55,987 nt of DNA, filler included, from Dugesia japonica (GCA_001938525.1; 6 parts of 6 records of this genome joined end to end with filler, not necessarily neighbours in it), one strand, 5' to 3'. Counted from the first letter of the whole stretch, positions 1 through 13,798 are shown. The notes: generated from the letters alone by a model not told the origin. Translations and numbers: made by a program.

Positions 1-755
1 ATAGAATTTGGTCAAACTGCTTTCACCCACGTAAATAACACAGACAGCCGACATTTTTTAGTTGTTATTTATATGTGTGTGCGGACCATTGTAGGAGACA
101 AGAGGTCGAAAAAGATATGTTCTTGGTTTAATAGATCAACGCAGTAAGTATGTAGCTTTGATAGCAATACAGAAAGTAATAATGGAGAATTGGATATTAA
201 AGTTCGGATGTCCGAGAGAAATTAGAGTTGATTGTGAAAAAGCATTTGAGTCTAAATCAATCAAAGATTTTGCAGCTGAACATGGAATTATCCTCAAGTT
301 TTCGAGTCTATATCATCAAAACTTTAATGGAAAAATTGAAAAGCAGTTTAGAACTATCCGAGATAATGATAAATGCGACACTTAAAGACAGGAAAACTTC
401 ACATTAGGCTGATGTATTTCCGGAGATAGAATTTATCTTGAATGCGAAAAAACAGAAGATCATCGAAAAAAGCCCTGCTGAAATTGTAGTTGGGAAGATA
501 ATAAGCAGAGAAAAATGGTACGAAACAGATTTTCAAAGAGAGCACTAAAAGCAAGATAAAGTGATACTAACCAAAATACAATTCGAGGTTGGTGATGAGG
601 TCTTAGTAAAAGTTGAAAGAAGAACCAAGATTGATTTGAATGACGCTATAAAATCAAAAGAAAGGTTCACGACAGAAGTCACATCCTGGAAGATACAAAC
701 GGAAAAAGTCTTGAAAGAAACGTAGAGAAGATTAAAAAAATTCTTGAAAGGGGGA
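1..755 (+). mobile_element. Degenerate Ty3/Gypsy integrase (rve core and C-terminus) ending in a polypurine tract
   Basis: ORF 158-385 reads WILKFGCPREIRVDCEKAFES...FSSLYHQNFNGKIEK, the rve core around the second D and the E. Purine run GAAAGGGGGA at 746-755 is followed directly by TG. Confidence 0.85.
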
Positions 756-1050
756 TGTAAGTATGTTTTGAAAAGCGAGCATACATCAAGCTTACTGTTT
801 TGATATTATAATTACCGATTATGATTACCAAATATCACTTGTTTTTTATATTTTTGTTGGGGTAAAGGTGTTTTATACTTTAGGGGACGGACCCCCAGGC
901 TTCTAAACGTCATTATACTAGTATTAAGTTTGCATAAGGAATAGAGCTGGTGATATAAGACATGATTGAGGGCATTCAAATATACACAGAAAATTCATTA
1001 AATCTCTTGCAATGAGAACAAGCCAAGAAGATACCCTCTACACATATCTC
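756..1050 (+). repeat. Probable 3' LTR of the Gypsy remnant (right end uncertain)
   Basis: Starts TGTAAG immediately after the PPT. The terminal CA cannot be fixed without the partner LTR. Confidence 0.5.
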
Positions 1051-3140
1051 ATCTGCAGATCAGTAACCATTGAAATGAATATAATTTACTAATATGTATG
1101 TTGTTCCAATTTAATTTATTTTTCAATATCGAAATTTTGTCAATTTATATTTATATTTATTTTATAGTCGTAATTATTTCATATTCTCATATTTAATGGC
1201 TGTTGATAGTAGTAGCCATGAAAATTTTATGAAAATCATTTCATTATTATTATTTAATTAAAATTATTTCATTGTCAAAATTATTTATTCACATTATAAC
1301 TATTATAACATTTTTCATTCAACTTAAAACAATTTCAAAATATTGATAAAACACTCACGTTATAAACATATTCACGGAGCAACACATCAGCATACAGGTC
1401 AACATCGAATTATAATGTGATAATGNNNNNNNNNNNNNNNTTTTTTTATCATTATTTGAAAAAGACTGCTAAAACTGTTATAAATTGAGTTATTGCGAAT
1501 TATGCATTCTTTCTAACTTCACTAATTTTTAACTTATCAAGTAACAACTAACTGAATTTTAATTTTCAACTGCTTAGATACCAATTTCTTCCGTAAGTGT
1601 ATCCTAAACAATTTTTTTATTTCTTGACCGCCGATTCTGAACTTTCTTTTTCTGTATTTGGTTGATTTTAATACTTTTATGGTTTCGGCCTTGACTGTTT
1701 CCTAACATTATAATATTAGTGTTCTGATCCCTCGTGATTGATTACAATGTAATTTCTTGTGTGTCCGAGTTTTCCTATATTCCCAACATATTGATTATGA
1801 GATTTCAGGTTTGATAAAATTAAATTTTTTAACGAATTAATATATCATTTCTTCTTAAATAATTTATTTGCAAAATTCTAATAAATAATTCTCTTCTTTC
1901 ACTTTAAGATTCTAATTTAATTAACCTTATTAATTAATTAATTTCTTNTCGAATAATTCTAGTGGTTTATTTATTTTCGTTGTTAATTTATTTATATCTT
2001 TAAGTTACTGATTTTTTTATTAAATAATTTTACTATTTAATAAATCATTATCTCCGGTACTTGATTTTTTCTTTCTTATACTCTGATCTTGTATTTTGTT
2101 CTCTCTAGTCTTTCTTATTTTTTATTCTCTGTCTATTATGTTGTTCATGCGTCACTATATTTCTTTTTCTTACTTTTCTCCACGGAATTCATTTGATTAT
2201 CATTCTTCTGCTTATACTTGTATTTGTTTAAGTACTCGCGAGGTTCAACCAAGTTAGCTGTCTTATTTGAAACATTAGGATTACTAATAATTTCTAGATT
2301 TATTTTGACTAACATCTAACTGGACAAGAATTTCTGTTTTTTCTCGTAATAGGTATTTAAACATGACCAAATTAGTCATCAAACGTGTTATACAATAAAA
2401 TTTATTTCATCTTAGTATAAATTTAATTTAATTTAATGAGATTCAAGATATGTGATGAGGCTTTTACATCAGATCTATGCAAATTAACTACCTAAATGTT
2501 ACTATATTTTTACTAGTCCCCGTGAAGCATCGTGGGCCTCGTGTATGAGACCCCTGTTTTAGAAAATCACATATTAAACAATATAGAATAACATCGGTAT
2601 ATATTAAGAATAGTACATAGTTGTGATGTCAAAATTTTCAGACCTCCTCACCCCCAGGTCATCATACATCTACACAAAAAAATTTACCTCCTCTTATAGT
2701 ACATGATATCATTTTTGGACAGCTCCTTTTTACTACAACAAATAATTTTTNACTAAAATTAAAATATTTAGCTTTTAAAATGATATCCTAAGAAATATTT
2801 GAGTTGTTAAAACAGTTAGTTAAGAAAACTACTGTATTTTAGAGTAAAGTTTGGAAATGTTTCTTAATTAATTTTTACGCAAATTGAATCGGAAAATATG
2901 GCCACAGCTAACAATCTGCATAATTTAGTCATCAGTCTGTTATTTTTCTTGTAGGATGCCTTTTAAATTTTTTTATTTTTTTCAACCATAGTCTTCTATT
3001 TTGTAAAAAAATAATAATTTGTGTCATATTTATCAATTTATATTTTTATGTAAATATTTTATTCANNNNNNNNNNNNNNNNNNNNNNNNNNNNNNNNNNN
3101 NNNNNNNNNNNNNNNNNNNNNNNNNNNNNNNNNNNNNNNN

Positions 3141-3600
3141 TGATAGTCCAGCACTGGTATTATCCATTACAGCCTTTTAAAACCTGGTCAACTCATTACT
3201 GTGGATGTCTACTGCAAATAATTTGATGACATGATGATGTTGCTTGCAATTAAGCAGTTGATATTAATCAATAAAGATAGCCCAATTTTCTTGTCAGACA
3301 ACGCTTGACTACATGTTGCCCAAGCATTGTTGCTCGAAAACCAGAGATTGAAATAGAAAATTTTCTATCATTCACCGCATTCACCAAACTTTGCACCAAT
3401 TGATTTTCATTTCTTTTAGGTCATAGACAACTTCTTGATGAGAAAATTATTCAAATCTTAATGAGTTGTTAAAATGTCTTTCATGATTTTATTGNATCTC
3501 TATCACCAAACTTTTTCGCTGCTGGAATCAACAAGTTTCCATTAAGATCACAGAACTATGTCAATAGTGTTGATACATATTTCCAAAAAATGTGTTGCTT
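3141..3600 (+). mobile_element. Mariner (DD34D) transposase remnant, C-terminal part
   Basis: Decayed frames give DNA*LHVAQ (HDNARPHVA) and HSPHSPNFAPIDFHFF (HPPYSPDLAPSDYHLF). Confidence 0.8.
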
Positions 3601-5997
3601 TTTGATTTATTTTTCTTAATGGCCTAACAGCAATTCATATAAAAGCAAAAAATAAAATCTTCCTAGTTCTATTTCAAAGCCATTAACTGTACTGCAATTT
3701 GGATGGAAATAATAGTACTCAATAGTACTTAGACTTAGGTCCATTTCGTACGGAGGTACAGGAGATACACTGCACCATAAGGGCAAAAATGATTTGTCAC
3801 CATGTAAAAGTTTCACCCGATAAACTATGGAATTCATCTTCAATTAGTGTTATTTTAGATTTAGATGATATAATGAATGATAATTTTTTTAAAAAACCAG
3901 AGGAAAGTCAAGGCTAAAGAATAAGATTATCCTTTATACAATATTATATGCATAAATTATAAATAATATCTTGTTATATTACTTTTTATATGAACGCTTT
4001 TATTTAAATATTTGTATGTTATTGTGATTATTNTTTGTAAGGTAACAATATAATTCTGCATAGGTAGGCACAAAACTGCCCTAATTGGAATTATCAGAAT
4101 AATTAAATTTCCCCTTTAATATTGAGAAAATTAATTTTAAATAACTCTATTGAGATAAGTTTTTGGACACAACGGGTAATTTCATTATGTTATCCGCAGT
4201 TGACGAAAAAATCGCCACACTCATTTTCTTGAGAATTTTTTATCTGTCAATATTCGTTCATAAATATCCACTCGTTATTTGCTGACCTACTCAATTGTTA
4301 AAATTGTTTTTATATTTGAACCCTTGAAATTAATTGATTAATGCACTGTATTTCTTCTAGTTTCAGTTGTTTATTTTGCTTTGAATTGAAAATGAAATTT
4401 ATCTGATTTATATCTTCATTTTTTAATCCAAATTATAGTGATATTTCGTCTGATTTTTCAATGATTTCTACTTACTTAAAACTATTTAGTTTGGTTTAAC
4501 TTTAATAAAAATAAATTCTAATTTAATTTCCCATATTTGTTTATTTGATCAAATTTTTCAACATTTTCGTTCGATGGTATTTATTCTGTAATAATTTATG
4601 TCCTCTTACTTTATATTTTTCATGGATATATTTATTTCCTGTCTAAATTGTAATGATTTTGATTAATAAATTTAATTGTGAATTATCAGTATAATTATAT
4701 TGTTTTAAATTAGAAATTTGTTTTGATTTTTCAATATTTTTATTGTAACATTTTCATTGTTTGGTTTTATTTATTGATGTGAGGCACTTGAAATTTTAAT
4801 CGCTTTTCTCCCAGTTTGGTTTTCCTATTTTCAATTTCAATAAAAAATTAAATATTTTCAAAATTACGAAAATAAATTTAGGCGTAGATCAAAAAAGTTT
4901 CAAAAAAATGTTTCTTTTTAAAATTTTTTATTAAAATAACAAAAACTTTTCCAAAAAAACGTTTCCTATTTTTTCCAAATTTTCGAATTTATCTTCTTCA
5001 GGAATTGTGATTGATTTATCCAATTTGAAGTTTAATATCAATTTTGTTTAAATTAAATCTTTTTATCCAGATTTTTATTGGATAATATTATTTAAATTAA
5101 AAATATTTTAATTTCAAGAAATTATAGAAATTTCAAGTTTTAATAATAATTTCATAATTTTATGAAATCAATAAAAGCTTTACCACTATATTATCGAAAT
5201 TAAGTAAAACTAAATTTAACAGAAAATGAACTCTTACCCATAAGATAATTTTTGAAAAATTATTAATTTAAAATAATTTATTTTGTAATTAAAAATATAT
5301 TTAAACAATTGGAGAATTATTCAAGTTTTTAAATCGATTTATGTTTTTCATAAATTAATCCTCATTTATTCATCTTCTGATATGAAACATTCATATATAA
5401 TAACAAATTTATATTGTTAAACTTTCATTGTGTAACATCTTTTTACAGAAATAAAACCATTTCAAAATTGATCAAAAAAACCAGTAATTTAATTTTAATG
5501 CTGAATCCTCTTATATTTTTTTTAATATAAAAGTCATTAAAACAATTTGAATGCAAAATTTATTATTTACACAACATTATTGATTATAATTAATAGTCTA
5601 ATATCTTTAATAAATAAAGAATTTATTATTGATATTCTTTTTTTGTTATACTTAATCTGAAATCAAAACATAACACTAGTTCTGTGACATTATTTACATC
5701 TACTGTCGACATCAATCTTGACGACGTTACAATGCACGATTGTCGCATCAAATCACTCTTCATAAGATCAATACACACCATTTATATTCAATTTAGAAAA
5801 CATACAAAAACACACAAACACGATAATAGCATAAGTAAAAATCAAACATGTTCAAACTAGGAACTTTTATTAAACCGATTGTCAACCAATCAAATTGTAG
5901 TAACCAAAAATGAAAATTTTCTTAAATTTGATTGGTTGTTGAAAGTATCAATAATTTTGAAAGTCATAAGGAGTATGAATATGTGTAAGGAAGCTAA

Positions 5998-6098
5998 TCA
6001 ATTTTTGGATAATTTGTTATTTGGAATGATTGACGGAACTGTTGAGGAAATGGCGAATGATAAAGATCGTGAAACTAAATCTTGGGGACTTGTTAGAG
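5998..6098 (-). CDS. Putative terminal coding exon of the ZNF608/609-like gene
   Basis: The acceptor AG at 6100-6099, with a T-rich tract, matches the phase-1 donor G|GTAAAT at 6184. The frame reads ALTSPQDLVSRSLSFAISSTVPSIIPNNKLSKN* with TGA at 6000-5998. Confidence 0.55.
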
Positions 6099-6184
6099 CT
6101 GAAAATAAAAAAAGCAATTTCAATATGAATTTTAAAATTTCATGAACAAAAAACTTGTTTTACTAAAATTAATTGAAAATTTAC

Positions 6185-9081
6185 CTTGAACACTAAATTT
6201 ACCACTATTGTTATTTAAAGGTGACTTTGATGATTTACTTCTGGTTTTTCCATTGTCTTCATTTGTTACGTGATTAGACTGAATTGTAGACTCCAATTGT
6301 TTATTGGTTTGATTGTTTTTGCTGTTTTCACCGTTAGTTTTATTTGTACGGCTATAATCATTAATAGCACTTGGGATTGCGTTTCGATTGATAGAAACAA
6401 ATTTATTAGAATCAGTGGAGGGAAATTCATGATTAGGTAGAGAAGATAATATTTGAGATTGGGAAGTTGTTAATGGTACTGATGAAAGAGTTTGAATACC
6501 TGACGACGATAATTGGAAAGACTTTCGATTAGACGACTGGGGTAATGTATTTTTTTTTGATGTTGAAACATTAATCCAGTCTGATCCAACTGATTTCTCT
6601 GAATTGAGTTTTCCTTTGCCAATATCTTTGACTTTATGAGCTCTTTTGTTAGTTAGAGGTTTTTTGCGGGAAGCTCTTGGTTTAATATCGCGATAATCAT
6701 GTTCATTGGTGGATCCGTTAACTAGATCTGAGCTAAGAACTGCTGGCATTAAGGCTGGAGGTTTATTTGAAAGATCTTTAGGATCATCATAATTCTCTGA
6801 GGAAGAGCTATTATGGCGATATGACGATATTCTATCAAATTCTGTACAAATGACTAATTTGTCACAATCTCCTGTTTTCAAATCAATTTCTTTCTCTAAT
6901 ATTGGTGCGGGAGTATCATTTGTTTCAGATAGATCAGAATATCCTGGACTATGACTATTTTCTTCATCAGTTTTGTATTTTTCACTTGATATACAAAATT
7001 CATCGGAATTGAGTTTAGAAGGAAAGTGCTCATTTGTTATGTGCTTCGGTTGAATAGGATTTAGAGTAAACTTTTTGTAACGGTTAGATTCGTGAAAATT
7101 TAATCTAATTTTTTTCTCTGGTTTTCTACGTTTTCTTTTTAGTGAACTGTTTTTAAGACTTTCAATTTTATGAATTAAATTTTCATCGATGCTTGCGCTA
7201 CAATCTGACTTTGAAATAGGACTAGGAAGAATTTGACGTTGATGTGATATATGAATATTAGAAATGCCAGATATGCTTGGTACAATTATTGATTGCGAAA
7301 CTGGATATGGAGATGTGTTTATACCAAGATGACTTGTAGTAACGGTAGAAGAAAACTGGGATGATTTCGGCTTTGGTTGGATGGGTTTTAAACTACCCAG
7401 TGTTGATAGCCCAGATGTAGATGTGAGATTTGTTGTAACAGACGTCCGTCTAACTGACAATTGCCCATTATGATACATATTGTTAAGTGAATTGGTAACG
7501 GACTGCCCTGTAATACTACTCGTGCTTGTTATAGATGAAGTACTAGAAATAGTAGTGGATGTAGCAGGTAATATTGGTGTTACTGGTGATATACTTGAAG
7601 ATCTGATGTGTCGTGAAGATGGATTTGGAGAAGTAACATTCAAGTGAGATGTAATTGGATACATTCTATTAACATTCGTGTTAGTATTTTGATTAACTGA
7701 TACTTTTAATGGAACCAACGGTCGTTTTTTAATTATTACTGGGGTGGAAGACGGAATTTGGAATGATTCTGTTGCGCAATTAGTCTGAGAATTGGATTTT
7801 GTTGATTTAAATTTACGGCTTTGGGAAGAATGATTGGCTGACCCTATTGGGTTTTGATTTGGTTTAGGTCGAATCAATGTTGGGCATGATATCGTAGAAT
7901 TTGTAAAATTATTTGATGAATTGATCAATTCAACTGGTATGGAAACGGTAGGAGCTGTTACAGTACGTATACTGGGTGATGAATGAGAAATTACGGTGGT
8001 TGAAGATGTAAAATCAGAAACACTTTGAGATATATTTTTTGAAGTCGCTGAGGTTGATTTACTTATTGATGCAATTGACTCGATAGTCATTGCAGAAGGT
8101 CTATCTTCAATGTTGCACGAAAACGTCTCTTTAATTGAGCAAGTTGTAGGCAACAAAATATCTGAACTGACAATAACATTTTCTGATACTTTTGGCAAGG
8201 TTACTGAAAGCTCTTGGAATTGTGGAGACAAACTTTCTGATTTGATAAAAGGCTTCATATCGTTTGTTTGATCAATGCTTTCTTTTTCTGATATTTTTAG
8301 ATCGCCTTTATTTTCAATATAATTATATGATAATTTATTTTGACATTTTTCTGTTTCAGAATCAGAATTGAATTCAAAATTATTCGTTTTGATATTGATT
8401 TCTTTATTAATTATTCCATTTAACTTAATTGTTTTTACGGGTACATTTTCCTGGGCATAAGAATCAATAATGGTGTTGTTTTTTTCTTTTTCATTAATCG
8501 TTGGTTCGATTTTAATGGAATTATTTTTACTGTTATCATCAAACAAACTACTATTATCATCAACAATATCATGAGTGGAAATATTTTCTTTGCTTCCATT
8601 ATTATGGCATCTTTGTACATGATATTGATAAGCAGTCAGATCAACAAAACGTTTAAAACAATTTTCTTTACTACATGGAATTAAGTTGATATTATTATCG
8701 TCAATAGAGTTGGAGTTATAATCACACAATGCTGTCTTGTTTAACTTAGTGATAGATCTCGTTACTGATCTCGTTTTGCTACTTGTGGAAAATTTAGAAT
8801 AAGAATTTTTATCTGTATCAGAATCGCCACTGGCACTGGCCGTTGCAGATTGGTTAGTGGAATCGAAATAGTTAATTAGATTATTACTTTGCCTGGTGGA
8901 TAATTTCTTGATCATGCCATCTGAATTAGAGGCATTCATTGATTCACTTAATCGACGACTGTGACGAATGTTATTTGACCGTAGACCAAAATGATTTCCT
9001 GGATTTCCAACTTGTCGTTTTTTCCCTCGAGTTGAGCGATTAGATGGACGTCCTTCGAATTTTCCTAGATTTTCTTGAGAT
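6185..9081 (-). CDS. Large internal exon of a ZNF608/ZNF609/scribbler(brakeless)-like C2H2 zinc-finger transcriptional co-regulator
   Basis: Open frame of about 965 codons, extending upstream of the ORF-track Met to an acceptor TTTTAG| at 9082 (SQENLGKFEGRPSNRSTRGKKRQ, resembling the RGRGKR segment of ZNF608/609). It has a single C2H2 finger, CSKENCFKRFVDLTAYQYHVQRCH, and the family motif HSPGYSDLSE (cf. SPAYSDISD). The remainder is Ser/Thr/Asn-rich. Donor at 6184. The upstream exon was not located in the window. Confidence 0.8.
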
Positions 9082-9656
9082 CTAAAATATAAATTTACTT
9101 ATAAATTTATAATATATTTACTCATAATTTTATTAATCACTTTATTTGTTTAAATCTCGAAATAAACTCAGTGTCAATTAAACATTTCCAAATCAGAATC
9201 AAAATGTTTTAATAAATATGGTTCTGATTGGGAATTCTGTTAATAATATGGTTCTAACTGACATTATACAACACTGGCCGGGAAACATTTTGTTAACGGC
9301 ATATTAAGTTAATTTAAAAATTTAACATCACACCAATTTCATTTTAATGTACTTGACAAATTTGAATTTTTACATTTTTTTATAGTTTTGGAAGTAAATA
9401 AGTTTTAATAAACAATCAATTCATATTTTAATGAGAAGAATGTGCTTGTTTTTGTTGACATATTAAATTTAATCGTGATTCTATGCTCAATAAAATAAAC
9501 ATAAATTCGACATAGCACAACTGAGAAATTACCATGGCACACAGTTTGCCGACCACTGATATACAGTATAAAAGAAATGTTCGTTCTACTATTGTTAGTT
9601 ATAACCAGAGTTTTACGGTTATTGATAAAATTTTCAGTAGTCATTTAAAAAAAATT

Positions 9657-9756
9657 NNNNNNNNNNNNNNNNNNNNNNNNNNNNNNNNNNNNNNNNNNNN
9701 TTAATTAATTAANNNNNNNNNNNNNNNNNNNNNNNNNNNNNNNNNNNNNNNNNNNN
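9657..9756. other. Assembly contig linker N44-TTAATTAATTAA-N44 (core also at 20494, 30067, 38699, 47346)
   Basis: An identical 12-mer with stops in all six frames is embedded in N runs five times. Confidence 0.95.
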
Positions 9757-12151
9757 AATAATAATAATCTTGATAGTAGTGGTGTATTAAGAAAATTCAT
9801 AACCAAAAGTAAGATTTTTCTTAAAAATTATTGAACCTCAATAAACCAGAGTGTAACTCCAAACCACATTAGATAATCAAAGAACTAATGGTGACAAAAT
9901 AAATCTGACAGAAAACAAAGTATTAAAAATTCAAAGAATTTTACCTTCATCGAAAAAGAAATAAAATAATTAATTAATGAAAAATAATAAATTAAATGAA
10001 AATTCGTGAATTTCTAATGAAAAAAGAAAAATCAAAAATTCCTGAAAAGAATAAATAACTCAAAAAAAATGAATTAAAATGTTGAAAAGCCTAGAAAGCC
10101 TAAGTATCTAAACATTCTTTACAATTTGAGATATTATTTAACAAGAAAAAGATGAACGAAAAGAGATAAAAATCAATGAAAAAAACTTATAAGTATAGAC
10201 AAACATTATTATCTCTCATACTAAAATGGCTGTAAAATCGAAAAGAATTCGTTATAAAAGAATTTTAATGAATCTCAACATAAATCTGAGCTTTGAAAAT
10301 AATAGAAACTAAGCTAAATAGGAGAATAAAGAGAGTTAAAAAATAAGCATTAATGAAATATTTTATAATATGGTAGATTTAACAGAGTTCANTTTAACTA
10401 ATTATTAGAACTTTTAACGATATGTTAGATTTCTCGGTAAATTACAGTTTTTAATTTACCGATGATGACATTATTATATTATTGAAGATTGTTCTTTTGA
10501 AAATATGGTATTAAAAGGTATGCTAATGGTGCCCTAGTTAAATTTTTAGCATTCAGACTTACCCTATTTTATATTATAAGTAAGTAGCTTAGTAGAGTTT
10601 AAAAGTTGTTTTCTGAGCAAAGATTTTCTTAGTAAAGAGTATTGGCTAAATAAAAAAGAATAAAGTTAAATAAAAATTTTAAACCGGAAATTGATCATTT
10701 TAAAATATTGAATACTTAAATTGATTTATTATCCTCAGTAGTATGTGATTTCTTTATACCGTTAAAAGTTTAATAAGTGAAAAAGTGCATTAAAATACTA
10801 ACCTCAAAATAATTTATTGTATTCTAATTGGCTGCCTATAATATAAATAAAATAAATTTATATGCATAAAANNNNNNNNNNNNNNNNNNNNNNNNNNNNN
10901 NNNNNNNNNNNNNNNNNNNNNNNNNNNNNNNNNNNNNNNNNNNNNNNNNNNNTTTTTATTATAGATAAGATTAAAAACTTATTAAACTTTTAACAGTATA
11001 TTAAAAAATATATGATGATTTCCGGATATTTTAATTTAAATCTACTTTGCGATCGAATGTTTAAAAAAATTTGGGTTTTTTGAATTTGAAAACTTAGTTA
11101 CTTTAAACTTAGCTTGAAAAAGGTTACTTGGTCAGTAGTTTAATAACTAGTAGTGGTTTGTAAATGGAGAACTGGGTACATAAACTTCATGCTACACAGC
11201 ACACCTAAAGTTTTGGATAAAAGTAATTTGATAATAATTATTATAGTTGATGTCCAATTTTTCTTAAATAACGACTGAATATAATTTTTTTTTATTAATA
11301 TTACTTTTATAAAAATTAAGAATTCTTTAATTTTTTAAAAGAATAAATTTTTAATAATAACTTCATAGTTTTAAAATAATTTTAATTAAATAGAATAATT
11401 GAAAGGGATTTTAATTTTAAAATTTTATCAAAACTTACATTGTTTTAAACCTTGGTGGTGGATGATTTTTATGGGAGGGCTGAATACAATTATAAATAAA
11501 AATCACTACGAGTTAAAAAAACACATTTTTATTGACAAATATTTATTTAAACATATTTATCATCATAAAATTATAAAAACCTGTTAAACGTAATATGACA
11601 CAAGTATAGACAAGCCAAAATACGTAGTGCGGACTGCGCTGTTTGCAGCTCACGATATACCTATGTAACATATATACATACATATACATATATACAAAAC
11701 GTATATTACGGGTTACCCCCACCTGCTCAATACACTGACTAAGCGGTGTGGCTTGGTCTGCACCAACTGCGGCCATGATGAGTATGCAAGCGCACTGACT
11801 TATATAATACACACATACAGAACGCTTATCGAGGTAACTAGTACCTACACTTCAAAAAATAAACATATTACTTACGGAAATAATATTTATTTTTAAATAA
11901 TCGCATAATAATGTAATAGCTATAATAATTTTAAAATGTTTTTATATTGATGGGAGGGCTGCAGAGGTCTACTTAAGATAAAAGGTGTTATTAAATTTAA
12001 TCTTTAAAATTTAACATTTTTCTTAAAACTTTATAGAAAAATATACAATGTAAATATTAAAAGACAACGCACCTTAATTTAACTAAATATTTTATTAAAG
12101 TTAAAAAAAACAATTTAAACATTTTAACTAAGAACATTTATCAGCAAAAGA

Positions 12152-12516
12152 ATGAATATTAATAGATTTCCAATTCAATATCATCATTCGAAAAATTCTT
12201 GGATGACTAGAGAAGTCTTCGATATTTGGAAAAATGAATTGAATCAACAAATGAAATTAAATCAAAGAAATACATTATGGATTGGAAACAACGCATCCCA
12301 TCATGTTAAGATTCAACTAAGCAATATTGACATGATATTTCTAACTCGAAGAACAGCATTTTTAATGCAGCAAATTGAATGCCGGAATAATAAAATCTTT
12401 GAACGATAATTGTGAAAACCTATATGTTAAACCTTATATTTTCTATGTTGATGATGAAATAAGCGTATGTTCCAAACAGATTGACATTCTTGATGTGATA
12501 AAATTAAAAATTGATG
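12152..12516 (+). mobile_element. pogo/Tigger (DDE_1) transposase remnant, left part; the right part resumes at 17332-17460
   Basis: YHHSKNSWMTREVFDIW...NNASHH...IFL..T..MQ is a DDE_1 signature. Removing the insertion restores IKLKID-AWHNVTEITIINCFNKAF. Confidence 0.8.
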
Positions 12517-12770
12517 TGTCTGGGTTCCACCTGAACTAGATAGTAGAGAAAAATAGTGGCTGGGGAAAAGCAGCCTTCAGGGGAACCCGTTCAAGAATTT
12601 ACCCTACCGCCCCTAGGATAGGTATTCAGCTCATAGCGGTTGACCTCTCTCTTAATGGGAGGTACACACCTATAAACCTTTGTTTTTGGGTTCATTATTT
12701 TCCCTATCATTACTAGCAGAAGGAAGAAATTACGATTTTTAATTACATATATTTTATTTCAAGAAAACTA

Positions 12771-13168
12771 TTATAGTAAATCCAGTGCCCCTGGGTCTAA
12801 CCACTGGGTGGGATCCGTTATCGAAAAATTGAAGGCGGCGATGTCGTCATCGTCGTCCCATTGAGTCCAGGTTGGGTTGCCTATTTGGCGGGAAAGATCG
12901 GCAATGTATTGTTTGAGGAAATCGATCTTTCGTAACAAAAGTTGCTTTGACTCGGTTTCTAAGAGTTTGGCTTGAACCTCAAGTCGTTCTGTTTCTTCAC
13001 GACGAGGTCTAGTTTTTTTATCAATCGGTCACGTTGAGCCAGATGTTTAAGGAGAGCCCGGTCTGCTTTTCGTTTTAGGTGGCGCTCCAATAATAGGCGA
13101 CGCATGATCCGGTGGCACCTCCGTAAACTTGTCTGGAATACAATTCGTGGCACTAAATAATGAGACAT
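12771..13168 (-). pseudogene. LTR-borne accessory ORF D: basic region plus leucine-rich coiled coil and acidic tail, interrupted by a frameshift near 13015
   Basis: ATG 13168 (MSHYLVPR...RDRLIKK), then the -1 frame from the A7 run reads TRPRREETERLEVQAKLLETESKQLLLRKIDFLKQYIADL...WDDDD...ALDLL* (TAA 12773-12771). AATAAA at 12758-12753. Confidence 0.5.
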
Positions 13169-13324
13169 TAACAACGGTGGAGAATTACTAAATATCAGTG
13201 ATATTGAACCAATTTAATCAAGATCTAAGCGATACATATTAAGACCAAAACTACTATTTTTAAATTTTTATTTGTAGAACAGAAAGTTTAGGTATGCGGG
13301 GTGGATTTTGTCTGTGTGCTCTTG

Positions 13325-13609
13325 TCAATCATGAGGGGTTCGAGGTATGATTTTTCTTAAGACGCCGGATATCATTGACCAGTTTATTTTCGCGGTCATG
13401 GACCGGATGATCTCGGCAAACGACTCTACCTGTGCTTTCCAAATTCTTTCTTGGTCGTGGGCGGCCTCCATCTCTTTGCGTACGTTAACGCATTTATTTT
13501 TATAGCGTTTCACTTTTGCGTTGGCCGTGAATATCCCGGCTCCGAATCGACGTTTCGCCAGTCGATATAACTCCCAGAACATTTCGGTGTCCTCGCTGGA
13601 GTCTCTCAT
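13325..13609 (-). CDS. LTR-borne accessory ORF C (94 aa from MRDSSEDT), unknown helical/coiled-coil protein
   Basis: GC-richer open frame. Acceptor-like AG at 13651-13650 and CAG|ATG at 13611-13610. AATAAA at 13272-13267. Confidence 0.55.
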   Translation of the reverse strand: MRDSSEDTEMFWELYRLAKRRFGAGIFTANAKVKRYKNKCVNVRKEMEAAHDQERIWKAQVESFAEIIRSMTAKINWSMISGVLRKIIPRTPHD

Positions 13610-13798
13610 CTGCTTATTGGGGGCCGATGGACGGTTTAATGAGGAATCACTATAACATAAACACAATAAAATTATGTAATCTAAATAAGACTGCTTATAG
13701 ATCAAAACAAAACGAAACAATAAGGGGTTTTAACCACTCGAAAACAAAAGACAGAGAAAAACCAATTCCTAACTAAAACTTTATTTTCAATTGCTGGG

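Noticed and set aside
1440-2300. T-rich block faintly resembling the right end of the 4.8-kb element (TTCGGCCTT...AACA)
   Set aside because: The similarity is too short to establish by eye, and no boundaries or TSD were found.
5879-6145. 88-aa plus-strand ORF
   Set aside because: It is antisense to the terminal exon and intron of the ZNF608-like gene and has no motif.
9701-9712. Recurrent TTAATTAATTAA palindrome as a biological motif
   Set aside because: It is always centred in N44 flanks, so it is an assembly spacer.
11582-11849. GC-richer TG...CA block as a small solo LTR, and the 89-aa ORF over it
   Set aside because: No matching TSD was found and the ORF crosses a TA/CA microsatellite. 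It is probably a repeat fragment but cannot be supported.
13610-13720. N-terminal 37 aa of the 131-aa ORF
   Set aside because: It starts at a non-ATG codon in the AT-rich spacer and crosses an acceptor-like site. ATG 13609 is the more plausible start.
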